A stretch of DNA of 64,000 bases from Heptranchias perlo (Eukaryota). The stretch covers positions 19,096,001 through 19,160,000 of the forward strand of contig NC_090357.1 in assembly GCF_035084215.1 (NCBI RefSeq). The letters are read 5' to 3'. Below, piece by piece: positions 36,901 through 48,700 of the stretch (positions are counted from its first letter, which is position 1; each line of letters begins with the position of its first letter). The notes beneath the pieces are model-generated. The model did no database searches, was not told the origin of the DNA, and worked only from the letters and a program-made list of their open reading frames with translations. A program made the translations under genes and the position numbers.

Positions 36901-38170
36901 AAATAAATTGGCTCTTCGAAAAGTATGGATTAATAAATGCAAATCAGCATGGATTTGTGAAAGCAAAATTGTGTTTGACTAACTTGATCGAGTTCTTTGA
37001 TGAAGTAATGGAGACTTTCAAAAGGCATTTGATAAAGTATCACATAATAGACTTGTTAGCAAAATTAAGGCCCATGGGATTAAAGGGACAGTGGCAGCAT
37101 GGAATCAAAATTGACTAGGGGACGGAAAGCAGAGAGTAGCGGTGAACAGTTGTTTTTCAAAGTGGAGGGAAGAATACAGTGGTGTTCCCCAGGGGTCGGT
37201 ATTAGGACCAATGCTCTTTTTGATATATATTAATGACCTGGACTTGGGTGTGGAGGGTATAATTTCAAAGTTTGCAGATGACACGAAACTTGGAAATGTA
37301 ATAAACAATGTGGAGGATAGTAACAGACTTCAGGAGGACATAGACAGACTGGTGAAATGGGCAGACACATGGCAGATGAAATTTAACGCAGAGAAATGTG
37401 ATGTGATGCATTTTGGTAGGATGAATGAGGAGAGGTTATAAAATAGATGGTACAATTTTGAAGGAGGTGCTGGAACAGAGAGACCTGGGGGTGCACAAAC
37501 ACAAAATCTTTGATGGTGACAGGATAAGTTGAGAAGGCTGTTAACAAAGCTTATGGGATCCTGGGCTTTATTAATAGAAGCATAAAGTACAAAAGCAAGG
37601 AAGTTATGCTTAACCTTTATGAAACACTGGTTAGGCCTCAGCTGGAATATTGTGTTCAATTCTGGGCACCACACTTCAGGAAAGATATCAAGGCCTTAAA
37701 GAGGGTGCAGAAGAGATTTACTAGAATGATGCCAAGGGCTTCAGTTATGTGGAGAGACTGGAAAAGCTGGGGTTGTTCTCATTAGAACAGAGAAGGTTAA
37801 GGGGAGATTTAATCGAGATGTTCAAAATCATGAATGGTTTTGACAGAGTAAATAAGGAGAAACTGTTTCCAATGATAGAAGGATCAGTAAACAGAGGACA
37901 CAGATTTAAGGTGATTGGCAAAAGAGCCAGAGGTGACACAAGGAAACACTTTTTTACGCTGCGCGTTGTAACGATCGGGAATGCACTGCCTGAAAGTGTG
38001 GTGATTCAATCGTAACTTTCAAAAGGGAATTGGATAAATACCCAAAGGGGAAAATTTGCAGGCCCATGGGAAAAGAGCAGAGGAGTGTGACTAATTGGAT
38101 AGCTCTTTCAAAGAGCCAGCACAGACACGATGGGCCAAATTGCCTCCTCCTGTGCTGTACCTACTACTGC
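33940..38170 (+). mobile_element. Full-length decayed CR1 LINE (second subfamily)
   Basis: ORF1 (CTFC..CRKC zinc finger, VVGDS, GTND, DGLH) and ORF2 fragments; 16-bp x3 repeat AGAGTGAACCTCTAAC at 33967-34021 at its 5' end. Confidence 0.93.
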
Positions 38171-39219
38171 TATCAATCCAATATTATGGGCATGTTTATT
38201 ATTACACCAGTCCAATATAATGGATTTGACTGACAACCAAATTCGTTTCACTGAGTCTTTCATTGCCATCCCTGAGAAACAGTCATGATTAGACACTGTA
38301 AATGAAACATTAACAATTTAACGCACAATTTCTGGATTTTTGCTAAAGTTCAGTGGACTTTTTGAAAATAAAGTAGCTTTAATTAGTCTATGTATTTGAC
38401 AGTTGTGCTAACCCATGGGACTTCCTGTAAGCTGAACTGCTGCGTGTTTAAGTTCGTCTTATTGTAACATGTCTACTGCAGGCAGGAAGCTTGACCCCAT
38501 CAACCACTTTATTGGACTGTCAGTATGCACTTCGCAGCCTGTCATTCATTTAGTGCTTATTTTAGTCCGGAGGCCCTGAGCAACTTGTTCCAATTACTGT
38601 TCAGGGTGGTCGGAGACCAGCTCCACTACGATCTTACACTGCTTCAGTCTCACCCTGGTTGCCATCGGCTCTTCTCTAAAACTGAAGAATTCTTCTGGCG
38701 TTGGCACATCGGTGGACATAGGACCATAGGAACAGGAATAGGCCATTCAGCCCCTCGAGCCTGTTCCACCATTCAATTAGATCATGGCTAATCTGTACCT
38801 TAACTCCATCTACCCGTAGTTTATCAACGTACACAGGGCGCTCTTTTTATGGAGCAGAGAACGGTACAATCAGAATAAAATAACTCCATTTTAATTGCAG
38901 CATTTGATATCTCTGTTGCTAGTTTGTCTATTTACTAGAGAACTAAGGGGGTGCATTTTCATGGGTTTCTTTCGTTAGTCCATCATAACTTCAGCCGAGG
39001 AGCACCCAAAACCAGAAAAAAATAGTGTAAATGCCATTTACGCCTGTTTTCCATGACTCTTCCACTGAAGTTAAAGGAGGTGATTCTCCTAAGGATGCAA
39101 CATACTACTGCTCAAGAGTTGCCAACTCACATGCTGATCTGAAGTTCACATGGTTATCTCTCTCAATTTCACTGAGCTTTGTGGTCATTATGGTGAGGCA
39201 TGTGACTGCAGGAGAATAG

Positions 39220-39960
39220 AACACTTTACGTAGAATTACGTAGATATTACAACAGGGAAACAGGCCGTTTGGCCCAGCCAGTTCGTGTTGGTGTTTATCC
39301 TCCACTAAAGCAGTAGTCTGAACCCCATGCACTTGCTCTATTTCCAGATCCCTTTATTCACTTTTCCTCCCACCAATTTATTCTTAAATGTTGACATGCT
39401 CTCTGCTTCAGTCAGTAACTCTGGTAGTGCATTCCACAACCTTCCAACTACTGTACAAAAAAGTGTCACCTGCACACTGTCCTAAATCTCTTACATTTAA
39501 TCTTGTATCTATGTCCCCCTGTTCTAGACTGCTCAATCACTGGAAACAGTGTGTTTCTATCTACATTATCCCAACCCTTCATAATGTTAAAACACCTCTA
39601 TCAAATCACCCAGTAATCTCCTCTGTTCTAATGAAAATAGCCTCAATTTTTCAAGTCTTTCTCTGTGTTTGAATTTCCTCAGACCAGACAGCTTCCCAGT
39701 GAATCTGTGCTGTGCCCCTCTCTGATGCCTCAACAACCTTCCTAATACATAAAGCCCAAAACTGAACACAGTACTCCAAATGTAGTCTTATATAGATTCA
39801 CCATTTCATCTCGATTTTTAAATCCTATACCTCTTACCATAAAACACAGTATTCCATTAGCTTTTTTTTAAATGGGCTTCTCCACTTGAAGTGCTGCTTT
39901 TAATGTTTTGTGAATCCCTCTGCTCTTCCACATCATCCAGCTTTCCCCCATTTAAACTCT
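39220..39960 (-). mobile_element. Old CR1 3' fragment
   Basis: RLEKLRLFSLEQRRLLGDLIEVF. Confidence 0.75.
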
Positions 39961-39974
39961 AATTATTACTGTCA

Positions 39975-40600
39975 TTGGGGGAGAAAATAGGTTTTCGCGT
40001 GGAACCAGCGCAAAAACAGCGACTCATTGAAAATGTGTGCCAAAGACGGAGGCCCGTTACTCGCCCCAAATTGGACTGTGGGCTTCAAATTCCATCATAC
40101 CGGTGAGCTGCAGATGCCAATCAGCTATCTTGATGCAGCTCACTAGTCCGGGCCATCTGGAAATCATCTGGTTTGAACGCGAGTCAACCCACAGGTAAGT
40201 CCTGGGGTGGGTGGATGGGGGAGAAGGTGAACAGGAAGGTGATGAGCGCAGGCCAGCAGCACCCCGCAGTATTACTGTAGAGACAGGAGGAGCACTCTTG
40301 CTCTGCCTCACGCCACATTAAGGTAAGTGGAAACTGGAGAATGGAGCACTTCTTCCTTGGCCTGCAGCGGTCCCTTTAAGGACCGTTGGTTAGGCTGCCG
40401 TAGACCAGAAAAACTGAGCGCAGCATGCTCAGCACATGGTCCGCCCAGTCTTTGCCCAATTTGGTATTGGGGTCATGAAACAGGCCCTGATTAGCATATT
40501 CAAAGGGCCACATGCCTGATTCAGGTGAGCATTCTGAACTAAAAGTGGCCTGATCCAAAATGGTGATCTCGGAACATCCGGGTGCAATCGGGAGAATTGG
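39975..40600. mobile_element. Non-autonomous DNA transposon (Harbinger-like MITE)
   Basis: GGGGGAGAAAAT-type end; internal blocks shared with 63690-63860. Confidence 0.55.
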
Positions 40601-40699
40601 GGTTTCTTTCTATGCTTTTATTTTCTGATCATCCACTCTAGATACTGCTGTTTTGGTTCTTGAACACCAAGTTATAGTCCAACAAATTTATTTTAAATT

Positions 40700-40737
40700 C
40701 CACAAGCTTTCGGAGGCTTCCTCCTTCCTCAGGTGAA
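40700..40737 (-). ncRNA. Minimal type I hammerhead ribozyme
   Basis: Reverse complement of 40791-40829. Confidence 0.8.
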
Positions 40738-40790
40738 CGGTGTGGAAACTGTTGTTCGCTGCTTGTATTGTTTTTTCCATTTCCACACCG

Positions 40791-40829
40791 TTCACCTGAG
40801 GAAGGAGGAAGCCTCCGAAAGCTTGTGGA
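40791..40829 (+). ncRNA. Minimal type I hammerhead ribozyme
   Basis: TTCAC-CTGAGGA-A-GGAGG/AAG/CCTCC-GAAA-GC-TT-GTGGA. Confidence 0.82.
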
Positions 40830-41164
40830 ATTTAAAATAAATTTGTTGGACTATAACTTGGTGTTGTAAAATTGTTTACAATTGTCAACCCCAGTCCATC
40901 ACCGGCATCTCCACATCTTGGTTCTTGAAGTTATCAGTATTTCGATTCATTTACTGTATCACCGGTTACTGCACCACCTGCTGGTCACATACAGTGCCAT
41001 CTGTGACATCTGGCTGCAGAAGACTGTTGTTCGCTGCTTGTATTGTTTTTTGAAACAGCAACAGTTTTTGGTTTTGATATTCATATTATGTCAACTAGCA
41101 AACTCACAAACACCGATGAATAATTTTTTAAAAAGCTGTCAACTCAGAAAACGACCAACAACCA

Positions 41165-42300
41165 ATGAACAAATTTGTGGACGACACCAAATTGGGGGGT
41201 GTAGTTAATACAAAGGAAGAATGCGCCAAAAGGCAAGAAGTCATTAATAAGCTTGCGGAATGGGCGTGTAATTGGCAAATGGATTTCAATATAGATAAGC
41301 TTGAGGTGGTGCATTTTGGTAGGAAGAATAAGGAGGCCACATACTGCTTGGATAATAAGAGTTTAAATGGGGTAGAGAAGGAAAGGGATCTAGGGGTACA
41401 GATACACAAATCACTAAATGTGGAGATGCCGGTGATGGACTGGGGTGGACAAATAGGGAATCTTACAACACCAGGTTATAGTCCAACAGTTTTATTTGAA
41501 AATCACAAGCTTTCGGAGGCTTTCTCCTTCGAAGGAGAAAGCCTCCGAAAGCTTGTGATTTTCAAATAAAACTGTTGGACGATCACCTGGTGTTGTAAGA
41601 TTCCTTACAAATCACTAAAAGTAGCGACACAGGTTAATAAGGCCATGTAAAAGGCAAATCAAACACTAGGATTCATTTCTAGAGGGACAGAATTGAAAAG
41701 CAGTGAAGTTATGTTAAGCTTGTATAGAACCTAGGTGAGACCACACTTGGAGTACTGTGCACAGTTCTGATCTCCATATTATAAAAAAGATATAGAGGTA
41801 TTGGAGAAGGTGCAAAAAAAATCCACAAAGATCATACCAGAACTGAGAGGATGTACTTATCAGAAAAGGCTGAACAGGCTGGGGCTCTTTTCCTAGAAAA
41901 GAGAAAGTTGAGGGGAGACCTGATAGGGGTCTTTAAGATAATGAAAGGATTTGATAGGGTAGACATAGAGAAAATGTTTCCACTTGTGGGGGAGTCTAAA
42001 ACAAAAGGTCATAAGTATGAGCTGGTCACTAATAAATCCAATAGGGAATTCAGGAGAAACTTCTTTATCCAAAGAATGGTAAGAATATGGAATGCGCTAC
42101 CACAAGGAGTAGTTGAGGCAAATAGCATAGATGCCTTTAAGGGAAAGCTAGATAAGTGCATGAGGCAGAAAGGAATAGAAGGATATGCTGATAGGGCTGT
42201 ATGAAGAGGGGTGGGAGGAGGCTCTTGTGGAGCATAAATGCCGGCATAGTCCAGTTGTGTCGAATGACCTGTTACTGTGCTGTAGATTCGATGTAACTCA
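41165..42300 (+). mobile_element. CR1 3' fragment interrupted by a Penelope-like insertion
   Basis: KFVDDTKLGG..., LRGDLIGVFKIMKG, WNALP. Confidence 0.9.
41419..41606. mobile_element. Penelope-like palindromic insertion (family A), loop-less centre
   Basis: Centre CTCCTTC|GAAGGAG at 41530/41531, tail on the left, TSD ACAAATCACTAAA at 41406-41418 and 41607-41619. Confidence 0.92.
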
Positions 42301-42337
42301 AACACAGTCCTGCATGTAAGCCTAGGACCAAGACCCA

Positions 42338-43088
42338 CTGCTCTGAGATGACTAAATAAATTGCATTTTTTTGCAGCATGGGATTTCAGAACTGTTTACA
42401 AAGTTTTGGGGATTGAATTCTGCAGTTGTGCTTGTTTTACAGTGAAAATTAAACCGAAAAATGTTGAGTGGAGCAGACTAGGCCCGTAGGCAAGTCCAGC
42501 GACTGCACAACATCATCAACGTCATCTGTGCAAGGGGTACATCTCCAGAAATTGCCAGACACTCGAAGGCAGTCCCTTATAATGCCATCTGAACACATCA
42601 TTGATGAAGACATTGAATAGGATGGGTGACAGTGGACAATCTTACCACACTCTTCTGTCAAGAGATATAAGCCCCAATTTTAACCTAACCACCCGATGAG
42701 AAGGTGGCGAGTTCGGATCGCTGGCCTGATTTGCAACCCGCTTCATTTTACGCTCTATTATCTTCAACGGAACGTGAAATCAGGCGGGGTGTAAATCGGA
42801 CATCTGTGCTGCACCCGATCCAATCTCGCGGGGCAGTTGTGTTCAGATGGCATTATGAGGGACTGCCTTCGAGTGTCTGGCAATTTCTGCAAATGTACCC
42901 CTTGCACAGATGACGTTGTGCAGTCGCTGGACTTGCCTATGGATCTAGTCTGCTCTACTCAACATTTTTCGGTTTCATTTTCACTGTAAAACAAGCACAA
43001 CTGCAGAATTCAATCCCCAAAACTTTGTAAACAGTTCTGAAATCCCATGCTGCAAAAAAATGCAATTTATTTAGTCATCTCAAAGCAG
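42338..43088. repeat. About 250-bp inverted repeat (42338-42597 / 42838-43088)
   Basis: Arms are reverse complements with scattered mismatches and one short indel. Confidence 0.93.
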
Positions 43089-43102
43089 GTTAAAATCGGG
43101 TC
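42671..43102. mobile_element. Candidate MITE enclosing the right arm of the inverted repeat
   Basis: Imperfect terminal inverted repeats GCCCCAATTTTAACC / GGTTAAAATCGGGTC (13/15); no clear TSD. Confidence 0.5.
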
Positions 43103-43529
43103 ACAGGTTCACGGAGTCTCCTCTCGAACTTTTGGCTAACCTTAGAACTGGAATACACATCCTTGCTAAAATCCAAGATTTAACCATCCACTGCCACAGC
43201 TTTCAGCTTCTTCACGAGGGCTGCAGGAGGTATGAGAAAATCAATGAAAACAATGCAAGTGGATTTCCTGAGTCCTTCAATCTTGATAAAACCACAAACT
43301 GTTCTATATGTTCCTCGTGTACAAATTCCAACCTGTTCCTTTATGATTGCTCTGCAGGTTTACATACCATGTCAGGGGTATGCCATGACAATCCAAAGAA
43401 GCATCTTAAAAACCACTGATAGCAGCAAGATTCCTTGGTAATTTTGGGCCCACTAGGATTCCCCTTTTTGTTGATAGAATGCACAGTTCCACTCTGGGAC
43501 ACTGAGTGCATGGGTACCTTATAAAGGTG

Positions 43530-45776
43530 TGTAAAAGGAGAGTCCGAGAGTGGGAGGAGAGTCCAAGAGGTGAGCGCAGTGTAAAAGGAGAGTCCAAGAG
43601 GTGAGCGCAGTGTGGGAGGAGAGTCCAAGAGGTGAGCGCAGTGTGGGAGGAGAGTCCGAGAGGTGAGCGCAGTGTGGGAGGAGAGTCCGAGAGGTGAGTG
43701 CAGTGTGGGAGGAGAGTCCGAGAGGTGAGTGCAGTATAAAAGGAGAGTCCGAGAGGTGAGCGCAGTGTGGGAGGAGAGTCCGAGAGGTGAGTGCAGTGTG
43801 GGAGGAGAGTCCGAGAGGTGAGTGCAGTATAAAAGGAGAGTCCGAGAGGTGAGTGCAGTGTGGGAGGAGAGTCCGAGAGGTGAGCGCAGTGTGGGAGGAG
43901 AGTCCGAGAGGTGAGTGCAGTGTAAAAGGAGAGTCCAAGAGGTGAGCGCAGTGTGGGAGGAGAGTCCAAGAGGTGAGCGCAGTGTGGGAGGAGAGTCCGA
44001 GAGGTGAGCGCAGTGTGGGAGGAGAGTCCGAGAGGTGAGTGCAGTGTGGGAGGAGAGTCCGAGAGGTGAGTGCAGTATAAAAGGAGAGTCCGAGAGGTGA
44101 GTGCAGTGTAAAAGGAGAGTCTGAGAGGTGAGTGCAGTGTAAAAGGAGAGTCCGAGAGGTGAGTGCAGTGTGGGAGGAGAGTCCGAGAGGTGAGTGCAGT
44201 GTGGGAGGAGAGTCCGAGAGGTAAGTGCAGTGTGGGAGGAGAGTCCGAGAGGTGAGTGCAGTGTGGGAGGAGAGTCCGAGAGGTGAGTGCAGTGTAAAAG
44301 GAGAGTCCGAGAGGTGAGTGCAGTGTGGGAGGAGAGTCCGAGAGGTGAGCGCAGTGTGGGAGGAGAGTCCGAGAGGTGAGTGCAGTGTGGGAGGAGAGTC
44401 CGAGAGGTAAGTGCAGTGTGGGAGGAGAGTCCGAGAGGTGAGTGCAGTGTGGGAGGAGAGTCCGAGAGGTGAGTGCAGTGTGGGAGGAGAGTCCGAGAGG
44501 TAAGTGCAGTGTGGGAGGAGAGTCCGAGAGGTGAGTGCAGTGTGGGAGGAGAGTCCGAGAGGTAAGTGCAGTGTGGGAGGAGAGTCCGAGAGGTGAGCGC
44601 AGTGTAAAAGGAGAGTCCGAGAGGTGAGCGCAGTGTGGGAGGAGAGTCCGAGAGGTGAGTGCAGTGTGGGAGGAGAGTCCGAGAGGTGAGCGCAGTGTAA
44701 AAGGAGAGTCCGAGAGGTGAGCGCAGTGTGGGAGGAGAGTCCGAGAGGTGAGTGCAGTGTGGGAGGAGAGTCCGAGAGGTAAGTGCAGTGTGGGAGGAGA
44801 GTCCGAGAGGTGAGTGCAGTGTGGGAGGAGAGTCCGAGAGGTAAGTGCAGTGTGGGAGGAGAGTCCGAGAGGTGAGTGCAGTGTGGGAGGAGAGTCCGAG
44901 AGGTGAGTGCAGTGTGGGAGGAGAGTCCGAGAGGTGAGCGCAGTGTGGGAGGAGAGTCCGAGAGGTGAGCGCAGTGTAAAAGGAGAGTCCGAGAGGTGAG
45001 CGCAGTGTGGGAGGAGAGTCCGAGAGGTGAGTGCAGTGTGGGAGGAGAGTCCGAGAGGTGAGTGCAGTGTGGGAGGAGAGTCCGAGAGGTGAGCGCAGTG
45101 TAAAAGGAGAGTCAGAGAGGTGAGTGCAGTGTAAAAGGAGAGTCCGAGAGGTGAGTGCAGTGTAAAAGGAGAGTCCGAGAGGTGAGTGCAGTGTAAAAGG
45201 AGAGTCCGAGAGGTGAGTGCAGTGTGGGAGGAGAGTCCAAGAGTGGGAGGAGAGTCCGAGAGGTGAGTGCAGTGTGGGAGGAGAGTCCAAGAGTGGGAGG
45301 AGAGTCCGAGAGGTGAGCGCAGTGTAAAAGGAGAGTCCGAGAGCGAGAAGAGAGTCCGAGAGGTGAGTGCAGTGTCAAAGGAGAGTCCGAGAGCCGGAGG
45401 AGAGTCCGAGAGCGGGAGGAGAGTCCGAGAGGTGAGCGCAGTGTAAAAGGAGAGTCCGAGAGGTGAGTGCAGTGTGGGAGGAGAGTCCAAGAGTGGGAGG
45501 AGAGTCCGAGAGGTGAGTGCAGTGTGGGAGGAGAGTCCAAGAGTGGGAGGAGAGTCCGAGAGGTGAGCGCAGTGTAAAAGGAGAGTCCGAGAGCGAGAAG
45601 AGAGTCCGAGAGGTGAGTGCAGTGTCAAAGGAGAGTCCGAGAGCCGGAGGAGAGTCCGAGAGCGGGAGGAGAGTCCGAGAGGTGAGCGCAGTATAAAAGG
45701 AGAGTCCGAGAGGTGAGCGCAGTGTAAAAGGAGAGTCTCGAGAGCAGGAAGAGAGTCCGAGAGGTGAATGCAATGT
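43530..45776 (+). repeat. 31-bp tandem array (about 70 units), GAGAGTCCGAGAGGTGAGYGCAGTGT(GGGAG/AAAAG)
   Basis: Direct periodicity, 31-aa periodic antisense ORFs, and a 250-bp higher-order duplication near 45240-45720. Confidence 0.97.
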
Positions 45777-48700
45777 AAATCTAAGGCAAGTTTGTGGCAG
45801 CAGAGCTCGCACCAGTGATATGCTCCTCCTGTACCATGTGGGAAGTCATGGACACTATAGGTGTCCCTGGCGACCATGTATGCAGGAAGTATGTCCAGCT
45901 GCAGCTACTGACTAACCGTATTTCAGAGCTGGAGCTGTGGGTGGATTCACTGTGGAGCTTCCGCGATGCTGAGATTATCGTGGATAACACGTTCAGTGAG
46001 GTGGTCACACCGCAGGTAAAGATCACGCAGGCAGAAAGGAAATGGGCGACCGCCAGGCAGAGTAAAAGGACTAGGCAGGTAGAGCAGGAGTCCCCTGGGG
46101 CCATCTCCCTCTCAAACAGATATACCGCTTTGGATACTGTTGGGGGAGACGGCTTATCAGGGGAAAGCAGCAAGAGCCAAGTTCGTGGCACCACGGGTGG
46201 TTCTGCTGCACAGGAGGGGAGGAATAAGAGTGGCAGGGCTATAGTGATAGGGGATTCAATTGTAAGGGGAACAGATAGGCGTTTCTGTGGCCGCAAACGT
46301 GACTCCAGGATGGTATGTTGCCTCCCTGGTGCTAGGGTCAAGGATGTCACGGAGCAGCTGCAGGGCATTCTGGAGGGGGAGGGTGAACAGGCAGTAGTCG
46401 TGGTCCATATCGTTACCAACAACATAGGTAAAAAAGGGATGAGGTCTTGCAAGGTAAATTTAAGGAGCGAGGAGATAACTTAAAAAGCAGGATCTCAGTG
46501 CCATCTGCTAGTGAGTATAGGAACAGGAGAATAGACCAGATGAATGCGTGGTTGCAGGGATGGTGTAGGAGGGAGGGGTTTAGATTCCTGGGGCATTGGG
46601 ACCAGTTCTGGGGAAGGTGGGACCTGCACAAGCGTGACAGGTTATACCCGAGCAGGACTGGGACCGATGTCCTCGCAAGGGTGTTTGCAAGTGCTGTTGG
46701 GGAAGGTTCAAACTAGAATGGCAGGGGGATGGGAACCTGAGCAGGAAGACAGAGCAGGGGGAACAAGGATAGAAACAAAAGACAGAAAGGGAAGAAGCAA
46801 TAGTGGAAGGCAGAGAAAATAAGGGCGAAAAACAAATGGAGCCACAGTGCAAAATAAAACTAAGATGACTAGCAATCTTAAAAAGACAAGTCTAAAGGCA
46901 TTGTGCATTAATGCGCGGAGCGTTTGGAATAAGTTAGATGAATTAACAGCGCAGATAGATATTAATGGATATGATATAGTTGCGATTATGGAGACATGGC
47001 TGCAGGGTGACCAAGGATGGGAACTGAACATTCAGGGGTATTCAATATTTAGGAAGAACAGGCAAAAAGGGAGAGGAGGTGGGTTAGCATTGTTAGTAAA
47101 GGAGGAGATCAATGCAATAGTGAGGAAGGATATTGGCTCGGAAAATCACGATGTGGAATCTGTATGGGTGGAGCGAAGAAACACCAAGAGGTAGAAAACG
47201 TTGGTGGGGTTGTCTATAGGCCCCCAAACAGTAGTGGAGATGTAGGGGAGGGCATTAAACAGGAAATTAGAGATGCATGCAAGAAGGGTACAACTATAAT
47301 CATGGGTGACTTTAATCTACATATAGATTGGTCAAACCAAATTAGCAATAATACTGTGGGGGAGGAATTCCTCGAGCGTGATGGTTTTCTAGACCAATAC
47401 GTTGAGGAACCAACTAGAGAACAGGTGATCCTAGACTGGGTATTGTGCAATGAGAAAGGATTAATTAACAATCTTGCTGTGCGGGGTCCCTGAGGGAAGA
47501 GCGGCCATAACATGATAGAATTCCTCATTAAGATGGAGAGTGAAGTAGTTGAATCCGAAACTAAGGTCCTGAATCTAAATAAAGGTAATTATGAAAGTAT
47601 GAGGTGCGAGTTGGCTATGATAGATTGGGGAACTTTACTAAAAGGGATGACGGTGGATAGGCAATGGCTAATATTTAAAGAACGTGTGCAGGAATTACAA
47701 CAATTATTCATTCTTGTCTGGGGCAAAAATAAAACAGGAAAGGTGGCTCAACCGTGGATTACAAAAGAAATTAGGGATAGTATTAGATCCAAAGAGGAGA
47801 CATATAAAATTGCCAGAAAAAGAGGCAAGCCTAAGGATTGGGAACAGTTCAGAATTCAGCAAAGGAGGACAAAGAGATTGATGAAGAGAGGACAAATAGG
47901 GTATGAGAGTAAACTAGCAGGGAACATAAAAACTGACTGTAAAAGCTTCTATTACTATGTCAAGAGAAAAAGATTAGTGAAGGCAAATGTAGGTCCCTTA
48001 CAGTCAGAAATGGGGGAAATTATAACAGGGAACAAAGAAATGGCAGAGCAATTAAATACATACTTTGGTTCTGTCTTCACAAGGGCGGACACACATAACC
48101 TCCCAGAAATGTTAGGGAACCAAGGGTCTAGTGAGAGGGAGGAACTGAAGGAAACCAGTATTAGTAAAAGAAAATAGTGCTAGGGAAATAAATGGGGCTA
48201 AAGGCTGACAAATCCCCAGGGCCTGATAATCTATATCCCAGAGTACTAAAGGAAGTGGTCCTGGAAATAGTGGATGCATTGGTGATCATCTTCCAAAATT
48301 CTATAGACTCTGGAACAGTTCCTACAGATTGGAGGGTGGCAAATGTAACCCCACTATTTAAAAAAGGAGGGAGAGAAAAAACAGGAAATTACAGACCAGT
48401 TAGCCTAACATCAGTAGTGGGGAAAATGCTAGAGTCTATTATAAAAGATGTGATAACAGAACACTTGGAGGGCATTAACGGGATTGGACAAAGTCAGCAT
48501 GGGTTTATGAAAGGGAAATCATGCTTAACAAATTTACTGGAGTTTTTTGAGGGTGTAACTAGTAGAATAGATAGGGGAGAACCAGTGGATGTGGTGTATT
48601 TGGATTTTCAGAAGGCTTTTGATAAGGTTCCACACAAGAGGTTAGTATGCAAAATTAAAGCACATGGGATTGGGGGGAATATACTGGCATGGATTGAGAA

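Larger units (their letters stand above)
40665..40917. mobile_element. Penelope-like palindromic insertion (family A) with two hammerheads
   Basis: Perfect arms about 40663-40748 / 40780-40865, tail on the right, TSD TTGGTTCTTGAA at 40653-40664 and 40918-40929. Confidence 0.93.

Noticed and set aside
43530-45776. CRISPR-like array
   Set aside because: No unique spacers, no cas genes, eukaryotic context.
43341-45877. 649-aa and 823-aa minus-strand ORFs
   Set aside because: By-product of a stop-free 31-bp tandem repeat; all frames give the same periodic peptide.
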